Below, piece by piece: positions 8,583 to 18,725 of a stretch of DNA of 64,000 nt. The translations under genes and the position numbers were made by a program. Under the pieces are notes generated by a model. That model searched no databases. It was not told the origin of the DNA and saw nothing but the letters and a program-made list of their open reading frames with translations. The DNA is from a virus. Within the stretch, counting starts at the first letter, position 1. Each line of letters begins with the position of its first letter. Where the stretch lies: IMG/VR virus record IMGVR_UViG_3300026484_000394, positions 1 to 64,000 of that record; one strand, written 5' to 3'.

Positions 8583-10493
8583 ATGGCAAACTATGTAACT
8601 AATATAAAGAACCCAGAAATAATAGCATCTCTTCCAGATATCAGCATTCTTGCTGATCTCTTTGATGAAGGGCTGACAACAGATGGATTAAAAGGAAGAC
8701 TTAATTCTGTTTCATTTAGAAAAAAGCTTCAAACGATCTTGTCTTTTAAAATGTCTGATACAGTAAGAGAGCTTCTCTCGTCACAGCTCAGGACTGGATA
8801 CATACAACTAAAAAGAGATGAGGGCTGTAAAGTTGAGATCATAGATAAAGCAATCTTTGTTGACGATAAACTCATCACATACAGTATAGATTCTTTTGCG
8901 GACGGAATTTTTGCAGATGACAGTTTCTCGGCATTATTTTTTACTCCAGAAGTAATAGATGTGGTACTTTCATCAAAAGACAATTCTTTTATAGAATCTG
9001 TGCTTAAGGTTGGTAACTTTTGGAACAGAGCCGTTGAAGTAGAGAACCTTATTGCTCATTTGGAAGAAAACCATTTAGAGGTGATTACTCCATATATCGA
9101 AACTTTAGAGGTGCCGTATGTTAAATATGTGTGTTATAAGGCGGGTCTTGAAGTGCCGAGATATAGAGATATATCATTTATCATAGAAGACAGTCATGCA
9201 ATGGATGCTATTGCTTTAGTTCCAGCAGCAGTTGCAGTAGAAAGAGCTTCTCAATATGGAATTAGTGCAAGGATATTGTATTCTTTTGGCAAACAGTCTC
9301 TTGATGAGGTTTCAGATTCAGAAGATGTTTTAAGCCTAATTAAGAAAGACTCAGCCCTAAGAAGTATTGTTGTTGACTTTAATGCTGTTCAAGCTCTTAA
9401 AGAAGGGAGCATTATAGAAAGATATATTTTAAATAATGACATTCACTTTGGACATATTGTATCTGAAAAATTAAAGATTGAAACTAGCATTAAAATGTCA
9501 AACTTATTTTTTGATGAGACATATGCAGAAGAACTGAAATTATTTATTGGTGACGATCGACTGGTTGAAATGTTATTTAGAAGTAATCTTTATCCAACTT
9601 TTGCTTCTGTATTCTTTGAGGTATTTAGCGGTCTTAATATAAGTGGACAGCAGTTTTCAATGATGGTAGACGACACTAATGGAACCTTATCTATGAGTTA
9701 TGCTACTCGTGAATTCAATGCTAGACAGTTGCAAGTTTCTTTAGATTCTTTTTCTGAAACAAAAGCCAGTTCTATTGTAGATGTTGAGACAGAAAAAAGA
9801 GTTTTCTTTGTTCCGTATACTTTCTCGGACAAGACGGTACTCGCTACTCAGACATCTCACAAAGTAGAACTAACCAATCCAAATAACTATAACTTATATG
9901 GAGAATTTGCAGAGGATAGATTCAATACTCTTATCGGGTCAGATGGTCATATATTTGGAATTCAAAGTGATGGAAAAGTAGTTTCATCTAGATTTTCAAT
10001 CTCTTTAAATCTGTCTTCAGAAAACATTTTAAGTATTTCAGTTCTTCCTCAAAATGTATTCATTATCACAGAGGAGACAATTCATGCATTTGGAAACTTT
10101 GGTGAAGACAAGGAAGATATTATTCAGAATGTTATTGTGAATAAAGACGATATTTTAGGACTGACATATTTCCGTGGAGCAGTAATTGCCTTAAAAAATG
10201 ACCACACTCTTGTGACAGTTACAAAAGATGATTTAGTTCCTTTTCTTGAAGATGTGAAAGTGTTAGACCTAATGGTTATTCGAGATAAGCTTCTACTTTT
10301 AAAAGAAGATGGTGTTCTAATTGAATGGCAAGATGAAGAAACTGTTGTGGAAATTGCTAGTGATATAACAGCAATTACATATTCACAAATGGGCATCGTA
10401 GCTACTATTGTAGAAGAAGAAAGAGCAATCTTTAACTACGAAGACAGTTGGTTGGTTTATGATTTTAATGTAAATAATTTATTCGGAAACTAA
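8583..10493 (+). CDS. Hypothetical virion protein, C-terminal beta-propeller/RCC1-like strands
   Basis: Degenerate repeats such as VIALKNDHTLV and LLLLKEDGVLIEW. Confidence 0.55.
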   Translation: MANYVTNIKNPEIIASLPDISILADLFDEGLTTDGLKGRLNSVSFRKKLQTILSFKMSDTVRELLSSQLRTGYIQLKRDEGCKVEIIDKAIFVDDKLITYSIDSFADGIFADDSFSALFFTPEVIDVVLSSKDNSFIESVLKVGNFWNRAVEVENLIAHLEENHLEVITPYIETLEVPYVKYVCYKAGLEVPRYRDISFIIEDSHAMDAIALVPAAVAVERASQYGISARILYSFGKQSLDEVSDSEDVLSLIKKDSALRSIVVDFNAVQALKEGSIIERYILNNDIHFGHIVSEKLKIETSIKMSNLFFDETYAEELKLFIGDDRLVEMLFRSNLYPTFASVFFEVFSGLNISGQQFSMMVDDTNGTLSMSYATREFNARQLQVSLDSFSETKASSIVDVETEKRVFFVPYTFSDKTVLATQTSHKVELTNPNNYNLYGEFAEDRFNTLIGSDGHIFGIQSDGKVVSSRFSISLNLSSENILSISVLPQNVFIITEETIHAFGNFGEDKEDIIQNVIVNKDDILGLTYFRGAVIALKNDHTLVTVTKDDLVPFLEDVKVLDLMVIRDKLLLLKEDGVLIEWQDEETVVEIASDITAITYSQMGIVATIVEEERAIFNYEDSWLVYDFNVNNLFGN

Positions 10494-10495
10494 CC

Positions 10496-11470
10496 ATGAA
10501 TCTAGGATTGCCTTTCATGGGAAGTAATACGGCTGGAGTTATTGCTCTCTCTATGTTTGCGAACTTTCAAGAGGCTTCGGTCTCTGGTCCTAAAGAGTTT
10601 GCTATGTCTGGAAGTATATTTGAGAACGAAGTGCACCTTCCACTAACTACAAATCTATTGATTTCAGACAACCCTGTCTCCCCAAATATAGAGTTATCTA
10701 TAGGCAGTTCTTTATATCAAACCGACTTTCACATTCCGATGACAATGCAGAGTAGGATGTTCGCAGGAAAACCATATATGGCAACAAGTTTTAGCGTCAA
10801 CGAAACTTTCTTGGAGAATCTAAATATACAGAGTACCATTAAGGGGGATAAATACACTTTAGTTTCCCCCTCTGTATCTCTTGATAAAAACTCGGCTCGA
10901 ATGACTTTGGGAGCGTATATGGAAGAAAAGAACTACTCTATGCCTGTTAAAGCAGATGTATATGCAACGGCTATTTCTATTCCTATTTCGATACCTGGTC
11001 ATGTTTATGAAGGTGAAGTTCCGGAGTTCGTATTTAATGCAACAGTAAATGGTTCCCAAATTACGGTCGAGGCAGCTATTTGGAATGAAGATAATATTGT
11101 CCGAAAAATTAGTAATATTGACAAGGGAAATATTGATGGCAAGGTTACTATTTTTCCGAATTCTTGGACCTGTGCTTTCGTGAATAAACCACTTCTTGCA
11201 AATGGGAAGTTAAGCAGAATTTCTGATTTTGTATCTGAGCTAGAGGCAGTTCATGGAGCCGAGATTTTCAATGCAATATCTGTCATTGTTTCTCGTGATG
11301 CTCAGACTGGAGCAGAATACAATTATACAGTTCAAAATGATTTCAGAACAAAGAAGGGGTCAATCAATGATTTTTTACTTTGCTATGAGGAAGATAAAAC
11401 TTTCCATCCTGTCCCTTTTATGATAAAATCTATCTCAGAAAAAAGTTTTGAACTAGACTGGAATGTATAA
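10496..11470 (+). CDS. Hypothetical protein
   Basis: Long ORF in operon. Confidence 0.75.
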   Translation: MNLGLPFMGSNTAGVIALSMFANFQEASVSGPKEFAMSGSIFENEVHLPLTTNLLISDNPVSPNIELSIGSSLYQTDFHIPMTMQSRMFAGKPYMATSFSVNETFLENLNIQSTIKGDKYTLVSPSVSLDKNSARMTLGAYMEEKNYSMPVKADVYATAISIPISIPGHVYEGEVPEFVFNATVNGSQITVEAAIWNEDNIVRKISNIDKGNIDGKVTIFPNSWTCAFVNKPLLANGKLSRISDFVSELEAVHGAEIFNAISVIVSRDAQTGAEYNYTVQNDFRTKKGSINDFLLCYEEDKTFHPVPFMIKSISEKSFELDWNV

Positions 11471-11508
11471 TACACCAGATTTAGTTCTTTACATAAAAAG
11501 GACTTCAT

Positions 11509-11751
11509 ATGGTAATACAAGCACAATTTGCAAGTCAGTCTGAAGCAGAAATTTTCTGCAAGACTGTATCTCACCCTAGTCGTACAATTTCAGGCTTCCA
11601 TACATCATCTATTGTATCGGAAGCAGACATTATCTCACTTCGTTTCGGACTACTCAGTCTATCTGACCAAAAAGAAATTCTAAATGCACTTCAGCAGATT
11701 GCAAGAGACCTTGAAATCAAAGCTACTTACGAAGTTGTAAATAATGATTAA
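11509..11751 (+). CDS. Hypothetical protein (80 aa)
   Basis: AAGGA RBS; overlaps the protease start. Confidence 0.7.
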   Translation: MVIQAQFASQSEAEIFCKTVSHPSRTISGFHTSSIVSEADIISLRFGLLSLSDQKEILNALQQIARDLEIKATYEVVNND

Positions 11752-13069
11752 GTTTGACGATTTCTCAATAGAGAGTGCTGAGATTGGCTATAGTTCTTGC
11801 TTTGGAGGAGTATGTCCTATGATAAAGACAGCTTCTGATAATCTCCTTGCCGGAATTACACAGAAAAAAAACCACGCCTATCTTCATGTTATAGCAATGG
11901 GGGCTGGGGATTATTATGGAGAGAATCGCAATGGGGATTTCTTCTACGAAAAAGATTTAATTACCTATTATAAGACATTTGAAACAGCAGGTGTTTTTGT
12001 TCAGCACGATAATAAAAATCCGGAAAAAAGCCTAGGTGATGTTGCTCTAGCTCACTATAATCATGATATGCATCGAGTTGAGTTAGTGATAGAAGTGTCT
12101 AAACAGAAAGCTCCTGAGTATTATAATAGAATAGAAAGAGGCGAGCGTTTAAAAGTTAGTATGGGAGTTAAGGTACCTTCGGAACACTGTTCATACTGTG
12201 GTGCAGTAACAAAAGGTTCTTTAGCAAACAGATGTTCTCACCTAACATACGAAATGCATCAACAAAAAGAAAATGGTCAAGTTGTGTATGCTATCAATGT
12301 TCCACCAATGAATTTTTTTGATATTTCATTTGTTTCGAAACCTGCAGACGACCAAGGACATGCTCTTTATCAAAAGGTAGCTTCGGAGCATAAAGAAAAT
12401 AGCAATCTTCTTCAGGATAAAATTGCTACGCTAATTAAACATATGCCTGTGCTTAACACTATTCCAAATGCCGTGACAGACGAAGAGCTAAATGATTTTA
12501 AGCAGCTTGTTCCAAGTGGGTTGAGAGGGCGATTAATTTCGTCAAAAAGAATTATACTAAAGCCTTCAGAGATTATGTTTCTTGGGACAGATATGCCAGC
12601 TCATGATTTAGATCATTGTAGAGAGCATTGTGATAACGAAGACTTTATTCACACTTTAATGGAAAAGCTAATTAGCAATGGGAAAAGAAAGTGTTTCGCA
12701 GATATGCTAAAAACAGCAGAAGAAGATGATTACGATAATCCAATATTGAAAAAGCTCGTTACAAGAACATATCTTGTCAAGCAAGCTGCCAAAGAGGACT
12801 TTTATGGAAATAAGCAGATCTTAAGAGCACCGAATAGGAATAAAGAAAATAGACATCTTCGTTATGCACAGTTTCAAGTTAATATGTTTGACGGAAAAAG
12901 AGTTACTGTTCCGAGCTCTCCGACAAGATTAGCAGACAGTATCTTTCCTGTCGGGCACAAGCAAATCCCTGCATACTATACTGATCTTGTTGATGACGGA
13001 TATGCATCTAATATCGTAGGGATTCTGCCTGATGGAGCAGAGCAATTAGTATATGCGAAGGAACGATAA
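11744..13069 (+). CDS. Prohead maturation protease (HK97/assemblin-like) with Zn-ribbon insertion
   Basis: NRNGDFF; VFVQHDN (His); VSMG (Ser); CSYCG...CSH; DISFVSKPAD matching the ExSxVxxPA motif of HK97-type proteases. Confidence 0.72.
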   Translation: MIKFDDFSIESAEIGYSSCFGGVCPMIKTASDNLLAGITQKKNHAYLHVIAMGAGDYYGENRNGDFFYEKDLITYYKTFETAGVFVQHDNKNPEKSLGDVALAHYNHDMHRVELVIEVSKQKAPEYYNRIERGERLKVSMGVKVPSEHCSYCGAVTKGSLANRCSHLTYEMHQQKENGQVVYAINVPPMNFFDISFVSKPADDQGHALYQKVASEHKENSNLLQDKIATLIKHMPVLNTIPNAVTDEELNDFKQLVPSGLRGRLISSKRIILKPSEIMFLGTDMPAHDLDHCREHCDNEDFIHTLMEKLISNGKRKCFADMLKTAEEDDYDNPILKKLVTRTYLVKQAAKEDFYGNKQILRAPNRNKENRHLRYAQFQVNMFDGKRVTVPSSPTRLADSIFPVGHKQIPAYYTDLVDDGYASNIVGILPDGAEQLVYAKER

Positions 13070-14419
13070 GTGAAGGAATCTGTAGAGGGCATCGTAGAGG
13101 CAGTAACAGGCAATAGTATAACTATTGAGACTGAACAGGGAATAGCTCTCACACTTCCTCGATTTTATGGAGAAGTTCCTAATCCTGGGACGGCAGTGGT
13201 TATAAGTTATTCCGAAGGTGGACCACAGATTTCAATAAAAGCCCCTGTTACTAAAATAGCTTCTATAGATAAATTTCTCAACTTTAATATGTTTAGCTTC
13301 TCTGTGAAGACAGGCAATGTTGGAGCAGAGGGATTAAGCGAAGCGTCTGATACTCCCTCAAATAATGTTCCGTTTAGTTTTATTGATACACCAATAGGTT
13401 CCAAAACAATTATTGCTTCCAATGGTAATGTTTCGTTTGCCGGCCCAACAGCAGCAGGGATTGCTGTGTCTTGCGAGAATAAGCTGATACTAAGAGATAC
13501 TAGCGAAATGGAACTTGTCTCACCACATTTTGTCTCAATGCAAGGAAAAACAATTATAGTTAATAGCTTTAAATATGACCTTATGGTTGAGATTGATATA
13601 TCTAGAAATGCCGTTGAATCTGAGATAGATTTTATCTCTATTAAAGAGGAAATTGCTAAAAAAATATTATTTGGATTAGATGAAAAATTCTATACTTACG
13701 AAGAGGCTCTAGAAGATTCTTATGATTTATTTGAATACCCAGGCTTTTTAAATCTATTTGGGCTACATCTTGCTGAAATTCTGTGTGTCTTTTCTTGGGA
13801 AAGATTAAAATTTTCAGGGAATGATATGGTGCTATCTGGAGTGCTTGATGGAATTGCTGAGATCAAAGGTTTTCAAGACATAGCACGATGTGACTTCGGA
13901 GACGGAAAGATTAGGTCTGGGGAATTTTGGTTTACACCTAAGCCAGAGGGAGATACTGGCCTCAACTTCGCAGCAGTAGTAATTCCAACTTCCTCTGTTG
14001 ATTTGAAGGGAAAGGTTCAAGAATGTATTCTAAAGCGAAAAGGTGAAGTGAAGTCTGTGTACGCATATAATCTAACTCTTTCTAACGGCACAATAATTGA
14101 ATATAAAGCAAGAGCAAGAGAATACTCTTTTGATACTGCTTCTGTGAGCGACAGGATATCTGTTTCTTCCAGAGAGACAGGTTCTTATCACAGAAGGGCT
14201 CATAGCGAGATAGAACAAATGAATTTTGGGAAATTAGTGATAGGTGACTATATCTTTGATGCTGTAGATACATTGCATTCTTCAGTAGAATTTCAAAGTG
14301 ATTTTGAGCTTAGCTCAACAGGAAAATTAAGTTTTAGTTCTGCGGTGGAATTATTTCTTCTTGGACAAGGTCGTGGACTAAGGATTGATGGAGAGGGTTC
14401 AACAGCTATCACAATCTAA
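13070..14419 (+). CDS. Possible baseplate spike (gpV/gp5-like N-terminal OB fold)
   Basis: N-terminus GIVEAV...VPNPGTAVVISY..GGPQI resembles the gpV OB fold; beta-rich C-terminus. Confidence 0.4.
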   Translation: MKESVEGIVEAVTGNSITIETEQGIALTLPRFYGEVPNPGTAVVISYSEGGPQISIKAPVTKIASIDKFLNFNMFSFSVKTGNVGAEGLSEASDTPSNNVPFSFIDTPIGSKTIIASNGNVSFAGPTAAGIAVSCENKLILRDTSEMELVSPHFVSMQGKTIIVNSFKYDLMVEIDISRNAVESEIDFISIKEEIAKKILFGLDEKFYTYEEALEDSYDLFEYPGFLNLFGLHLAEILCVFSWERLKFSGNDMVLSGVLDGIAEIKGFQDIARCDFGDGKIRSGEFWFTPKPEGDTGLNFAAVVIPTSSVDLKGKVQECILKRKGEVKSVYAYNLTLSNGTIIEYKARAREYSFDTASVSDRISVSSRETGSYHRRAHSEIEQMNFGKLVIGDYIFDAVDTLHSSVEFQSDFELSSTGKLSFSSAVELFLLGQGRGLRIDGEGSTAITI

Positions 14420-14422
14420 AAC

Positions 14423-14433
14423 TGTGATATAAT
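14423..14433 (+). promoter_or_regulatory. Extended -10 promoter TGTGATATAAT
   Basis: Intergenic, upstream of 14470 and the RNAP subunit gene. Confidence 0.75.
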
Positions 14434-14469
14434 TGCAACAACCAAAATAAATGAAGAAGGATAGAAACT

Positions 14470-15003
14470 ATGGCAACAAATTATGAGAAAATTCAAGAGG
14501 ATCTAGCAACTTGTAATGTTACTTTATGGGAGCCTCCAAGAATGGCTGACCTCCAGTTAAATCTATGTAGATTAAAATGTGCTGAACAAGAAATTACAGC
14601 CAAAGCTACTTCCCTTGAAGCAGTGAAAGAAGCTTTAGTAGATATTGAAAGCATCTCGACTTCAGATAGTGAAATTGAAGATGTTACTTTCTCTGTGACA
14701 AAATCAGATGGAGTAGCTTATGTATGGGCAATGATTCCAAAAGCAAGTGGAGACATTTCTTTTTCTTTAAATACTAAATCTGAATTTTTCGATAAATTCA
14801 TTTTACCAGCTGTTTCTGTTGATATCGTTTCTTTAACTGGAGAGGGTGGATTGGCTAAAACAGATCACCAATTAAGAAAAGATAGACTACAGGCTCTTGA
14901 GAATAGTCCTGTCAATGTAATAGATACGACTATAAGTGCAGTAGCAAAATTACTAAGTATAATCACAGCTAAGAGAGAAACTCTAGAAGCAGAACACGAA
15001 TAG
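14470..15003 (+). CDS. Hypothetical protein
   Basis: AAGGA RBS, own promoter. Confidence 0.8.
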   Translation: MATNYEKIQEDLATCNVTLWEPPRMADLQLNLCRLKCAEQEITAKATSLEAVKEALVDIESISTSDSEIEDVTFSVTKSDGVAYVWAMIPKASGDISFSLNTKSEFFDKFILPAVSVDIVSLTGEGGLAKTDHQLRKDRLQALENSPVNVIDTTISAVAKLLSIITAKRETLEAEHE

Positions 15004-15017
15004 AAAAGGAATTAGCA

Positions 15018-16763
15018 ATGGACACTCTACAGGAACTCAATAAGCTTATGCCACAGGATATAAAGTTTAAGCAAAGTGATTTGCCTTTAACTAAGCCTAT
15101 TATAAAAGCTAAGCTGACTCGTTTTGCTAAAAAGTACCCATCGCTATATGCCAAAAATATTCACCAAATTGGAAATCTAGGAGAGGAATTAGCTTATCTC
15201 TCCGGACACAATATGGGGCTCGCTGACTTGAGACTAGGTAACCAAAAAAGTATTGATAAGAAGTTAGATGGAGAAGAGCTTAAAATGAGAGGAATGTCTA
15301 CTCTTCAAAAAAAGAAACATCTTCTCAATGCATTTAACCTAGCTCAGACTGAAGTGATGAAAAATACTGACAATAATCTTGTGTCTCAGGCCATATCTAA
15401 GGCTAGGGGAAACCCAGCTTCAGTAACAAGAACGGCTGGGGCGGTTGTCTATGCTGTAGATATGAACTCAGAGCCGTACCCATTTATGATAAAAAATTCG
15501 CTGGCCAAAGGACTTAGAGCACACGAGCAATATGCTTCTGGTGGGCAAGCCCGTTTTGCTGCCGTACAATCTGCTGTTTCTACATCTGAGCCAGGAGCTA
15601 TGGGAAAAGTGTTAATAGCTAACACGGAGCATCTTAAGATTGCTGAGAAAGATTGTGGTACCAGAAACGGAATTCCTCTGTCTCTGGATGGTACAGATGC
15701 AATAGATAGATATGAAGCAGGCACCAATAAGTTGATTACTCCACAATATTTGTCACAACTTAAAAAGAGGGGTAAAAAATCTATTATTGCTCGTTCACCT
15801 AGAACCTGTCAATCTACAAAAGGCATCTGTTCTATGTGTTTTGGCTTAAATGAAAAAGGGCATCTTCATTCTTCTGGGCATAATATCGGAATAGAAGCAT
15901 CAGAATCTGTTTCTGAAAAAGCTGTTCAGTTGGTATTAAATGCAAAGCACAATGTGTCTGGGAAAGCAGGGGGTTCAAGAATACCTACTGGATACCAAGC
16001 TGTAAAAACAGTTTTAAACTCTACGGAGACGTTTCCAGGTAAGGCAACGGTATCAACATTAAATGGGAGGGTGGATAAGATTACACCTCTTGCTACAGGT
16101 GGACATAATATAGAAATCTCAGGTCAAAACCATTTTGTGTCTCACGATGTCTCTCCAAAAGTTAAAATTGGCACTCAAGTAGATATGGGGGACATATTGT
16201 CTACTGGCATTGCTTCGACTAAAGACATGATGCAATACCGAGGTGTACAAGAGGCTAGAGCATACCTTTCTCATCAATTAGATAAAGCACACAATGGCTC
16301 TATTGACAACAGAAACTTCGAAGTAATTTCAAGAGGATATTTAGACTTAGTAAAGCCAAGAGGAATGCCAGGAACAACCAACTTGCATTCGTACGATACT
16401 TATGTACCAAGCTTATCTGGTACTCATGAATTAGTAATGAAGACATCAGATAAACAGCTGGTTAAAAAGCATCTAGCAGAACCTATATTGAATTACAGTC
16501 CAGGGAAACCTATTACAAAAGCTGTACAAAACAATCTCATTGACAGAGGTATCAAGTCGGTATTAGTGTCTCATACTGCGATGCCATACACCCCTGTGTT
16601 TAAAACATATGAACAGAAACCTCTATTTAATTCATCTCCGTGGCAAAGCATTAACTATCGTGGTATCAAAAAAGGAATTAAAGATGACCTTTTGATGGGG
16701 GAAAAAGAGGATGTAAGTAAGCTCAAATCAGATAGAGCTAAATTTACTCTTGGTATACTATGA
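15018..16763 (+). CDS. rpoC: Phage multisubunit RNA polymerase, beta-prime C-terminal half (RpoC2-like)
   Basis: SKARGN (SGARG); bridge helix ARFAAVQSAVSTSEPGAMGKVL...DCGT; Zn site RSPRTC...GICSMCFG; trigger loop GHNIGIEASESVSEKAVQLVLNAKH. No NADFDGD. Confidence 0.92.
   Translation: MDTLQELNKLMPQDIKFKQSDLPLTKPIIKAKLTRFAKKYPSLYAKNIHQIGNLGEELAYLSGHNMGLADLRLGNQKSIDKKLDGEELKMRGMSTLQKKKHLLNAFNLAQTEVMKNTDNNLVSQAISKARGNPASVTRTAGAVVYAVDMNSEPYPFMIKNSLAKGLRAHEQYASGGQARFAAVQSAVSTSEPGAMGKVLIANTEHLKIAEKDCGTRNGIPLSLDGTDAIDRYEAGTNKLITPQYLSQLKKRGKKSIIARSPRTCQSTKGICSMCFGLNEKGHLHSSGHNIGIEASESVSEKAVQLVLNAKHNVSGKAGGSRIPTGYQAVKTVLNSTETFPGKATVSTLNGRVDKITPLATGGHNIEISGQNHFVSHDVSPKVKIGTQVDMGDILSTGIASTKDMMQYRGVQEARAYLSHQLDKAHNGSIDNRNFEVISRGYLDLVKPRGMPGTTNLHSYDTYVPSLSGTHELVMKTSDKQLVKKHLAEPILNYSPGKPITKAVQNNLIDRGIKSVLVSHTAMPYTPVFKTYEQKPLFNSSPWQSINYRGIKKGIKDDLLMGEKEDVSKLKSDRAKFTLGIL
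16751..16759 (+). promoter_or_regulatory. Possible extended -10 (TGGTATACT) for the lysis cassette
   Basis: TGn + TATACT 35 nt before the holin start. Confidence 0.45.
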
Positions 16764-16794
16764 CGATTAATTTCTATTAAGGAGAAATAAAAAA

Positions 16795-17040
16795 ATGATT
16801 AAGACAGCAAGATATTATTGGAGAACTTTGGTTAGCAGTAAAACGCTTATATTTAATATGCTACTCGCTATGGTAGGAGCAATTGAGGTTTATTCAGGAG
16901 TGCTTCAGGGATTCTTTTCAGACCCTAAGTATTTTGGAATGTTTATGGTTGCAATAAGTATGTTTGGTGCCGCCTTGAGATTTGTTACGACAACATCAAT
17001 TTCAACGAAACTTAATGATAGATTTGGAGAAGACCAGTGA
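16795..17040 (+). CDS. Holin-like membrane protein (2 TM)
   Basis: 81 aa, two hydrophobic segments, charged C-terminal tail, adjacent to spanins. Confidence 0.7.
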   Translation: MIKTARYYWRTLVSSKTLIFNMLLAMVGAIEVYSGVLQGFFSDPKYFGMFMVAISMFGAALRFVTTTSISTKLNDRFGEDQ

Positions 17041-17324
17041 GTGTTATCGCAGCAATTGCAGGTTTAGTAAGTCTTATTTTTGGTTTAATAATGTCCAAAC
17101 AAAAGAAAGAATTAAAGAAACAAGCATTAGAAATCAGTGAACTTACAGTTGCATTTGATGTAACAAAGAGCACACTGAAGAAAGAGCGTCAAATCGTAAA
17201 GCTTCATAAAGATGTTTCTCGTGTGGCTCAGCAAAATGAGCGTAAAATGAAGCTGCAGATTAAAGAGACTCAGAAAATATTAGAAGGAGCAAAAAATGGG
17301 CAAAAAATTACTATCAAATTGTAA
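17037..17324 (+). CDS. Inner-membrane spanin (Rz-like)
   Basis: N-terminal TM (VIAAIAGLVSLIFGLIM) followed by coiled coil. Confidence 0.7.
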   Translation: MSVIAAIAGLVSLIFGLIMSKQKKELKKQALEISELTVAFDVTKSTLKKERQIVKLHKDVSRVAQQNERKMKLQIKETQKILEGAKNGQKITIKL

Positions 17325-17646
17325 GGTTGGATTGGTTGCGACAGGTTGCTTCGCTATGCTTGCTATCGCTCCTGCATTTATGTTCTCTGGATGTCAGAAG
17401 CAGATAGTTGTTACTCCTATTAAAACAGCTAAATATATTCCCTTAGAGTTTGAGGCATATGACATTAGCGAAAGCTTGGTGATTGATGCAGTTGTTCATC
17501 ATGACGAGGTAACAATAAGCAAAGCAACTTTCAAAGCTATAGTGACTAAGATGACAGAGTTGAAACATCAAGTACTCATTCTTCAAGAGACTATTAGAAT
17601 GTATAATCATGGTCTTTCGGAAATAAACAAACAAGAGGAGATGTAA
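17296..17646 (+). CDS. Outer-membrane spanin lipoprotein (Rz1-like)
   Basis: Signal peptide with lipobox FSGC; overlaps the 3' end of the i-spanin; AAGGAG RBS. Confidence 0.7.
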   Translation: MGKKLLSNCKVGLVATGCFAMLAIAPAFMFSGCQKQIVVTPIKTAKYIPLEFEAYDISESLVIDAVVHHDEVTISKATFKAIVTKMTELKHQVLILQETIRMYNHGLSEINKQEEM

Positions 17647-17647
17647 A

Positions 17648-18223
17648 GTGGAAAATGAATTAGAAAAAATAGCTTCTTCTGTGGAGACTGATGGTTATTC
17701 AGAGGACAAAGAGCTTTCTATTGAGAAGATTGCTCAAGCAAACTTCTTACTAAGGGCTTTAGAAGATGATATAACAAAAGAAGCAGGTTTTGGACAGTCA
17801 TTAGGCGAAGGCATGGCAGCCACTGCAATGATTGGACTGGGTGTGTCTGCTGCAGGTAGAGCGATAGACAAAGTCGAAAGTTCTTTAGATCAAATGAAAT
17901 TCAATAGAAAAAAGGATCACTTAATAAGCTATGCTCGGAAGGAAAATCCTTCTTTAAAAGGTGTTTCGTCAGGGAAAATGAGTGAATGGCTGGATTCTGC
18001 ATATGTGGTATCTCCTAGAGTTGCTAAGGATCCAGTGCTAGCTTCTACTTATCTGAATACTCTTCATGCCGTAGGTGGAGCAGACCTAAACACGGTGAAA
18101 ACTTTAGCAGACATACAGCAGAAAGGCGGGAAGTCATACGATAAGTCTTATGATGCGTTAAGAGGGACTTCCAATACAATGACAGGACTTGCGTTGTCTG
18201 ACCACAGTGCAGTGCAGTCATAA
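17648..18223 (+). CDS. Putative internal head protein with acidic K-x-A propeptide
   Basis: EKIAS, EKIAQ and TKEAG, then a Gly/Ala hydrophobic segment and a basic body. Confidence 0.55.
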   Translation: MENELEKIASSVETDGYSEDKELSIEKIAQANFLLRALEDDITKEAGFGQSLGEGMAATAMIGLGVSAAGRAIDKVESSLDQMKFNRKKDHLISYARKENPSLKGVSSGKMSEWLDSAYVVSPRVAKDPVLASTYLNTLHAVGGADLNTVKTLADIQQKGGKSYDKSYDALRGTSNTMTGLALSDHSAVQS

Positions 18224-18240
18224 AAAAAGGAGGTTAAGAA

Positions 18241-18720
18241 GTGAATAATTTAGATCAAAAACAACCAAAGAAAAAGCCAAGCATATTTAAGAGAGTAAAG
18301 AACAACACTCTGTATACTTTAAATTTATCTAAGTATGATCCAGTAACGGGAGATAAAATTGCAAAGGAGAACGAGCCAAATCCAGAAAATGTAAAAAGAA
18401 GTAGGCTTGCATATATGGAAGCTGTTTCTAGATCCAAGTCGAACAAGGAAGCACCTACAGATAATGTAGAAACAGCTAGGGATGCTGGGCTTGGAGGTTC
18501 CTTGGGAATGCTGGGGGCTCATGTCTTAATGGGAAAATCATCACTTCAAAGAAAGGGACTTGTTGGAGCAGCTGCAACAATAGGTTCTGGCTTACTTTCT
18601 GTTTCTAAGCAGAAGTCAGAGTATAACAAGCAGCAGGCCTCAAGAGAATTACTATCTGGAGTAAAGACTGATCGAAGTAGTGACTACAAAAATTACCTAG
18701 ATAAAAAATATCAAAGATAG
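18241..18720 (+). CDS. Basic glycine-zipper protein, putative internal virion protein
   Basis: AGGAGG RBS; GLGGSLGMLG...LVGAAATIGSGLL. Confidence 0.55.
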   Translation: MNNLDQKQPKKKPSIFKRVKNNTLYTLNLSKYDPVTGDKIAKENEPNPENVKRSRLAYMEAVSRSKSNKEAPTDNVETARDAGLGGSLGMLGAHVLMGKSSLQRKGLVGAAATIGSGLLSVSKQKSEYNKQQASRELLSGVKTDRSSDYKNYLDKKYQR

Positions 18721-18725
18721 TTTAG

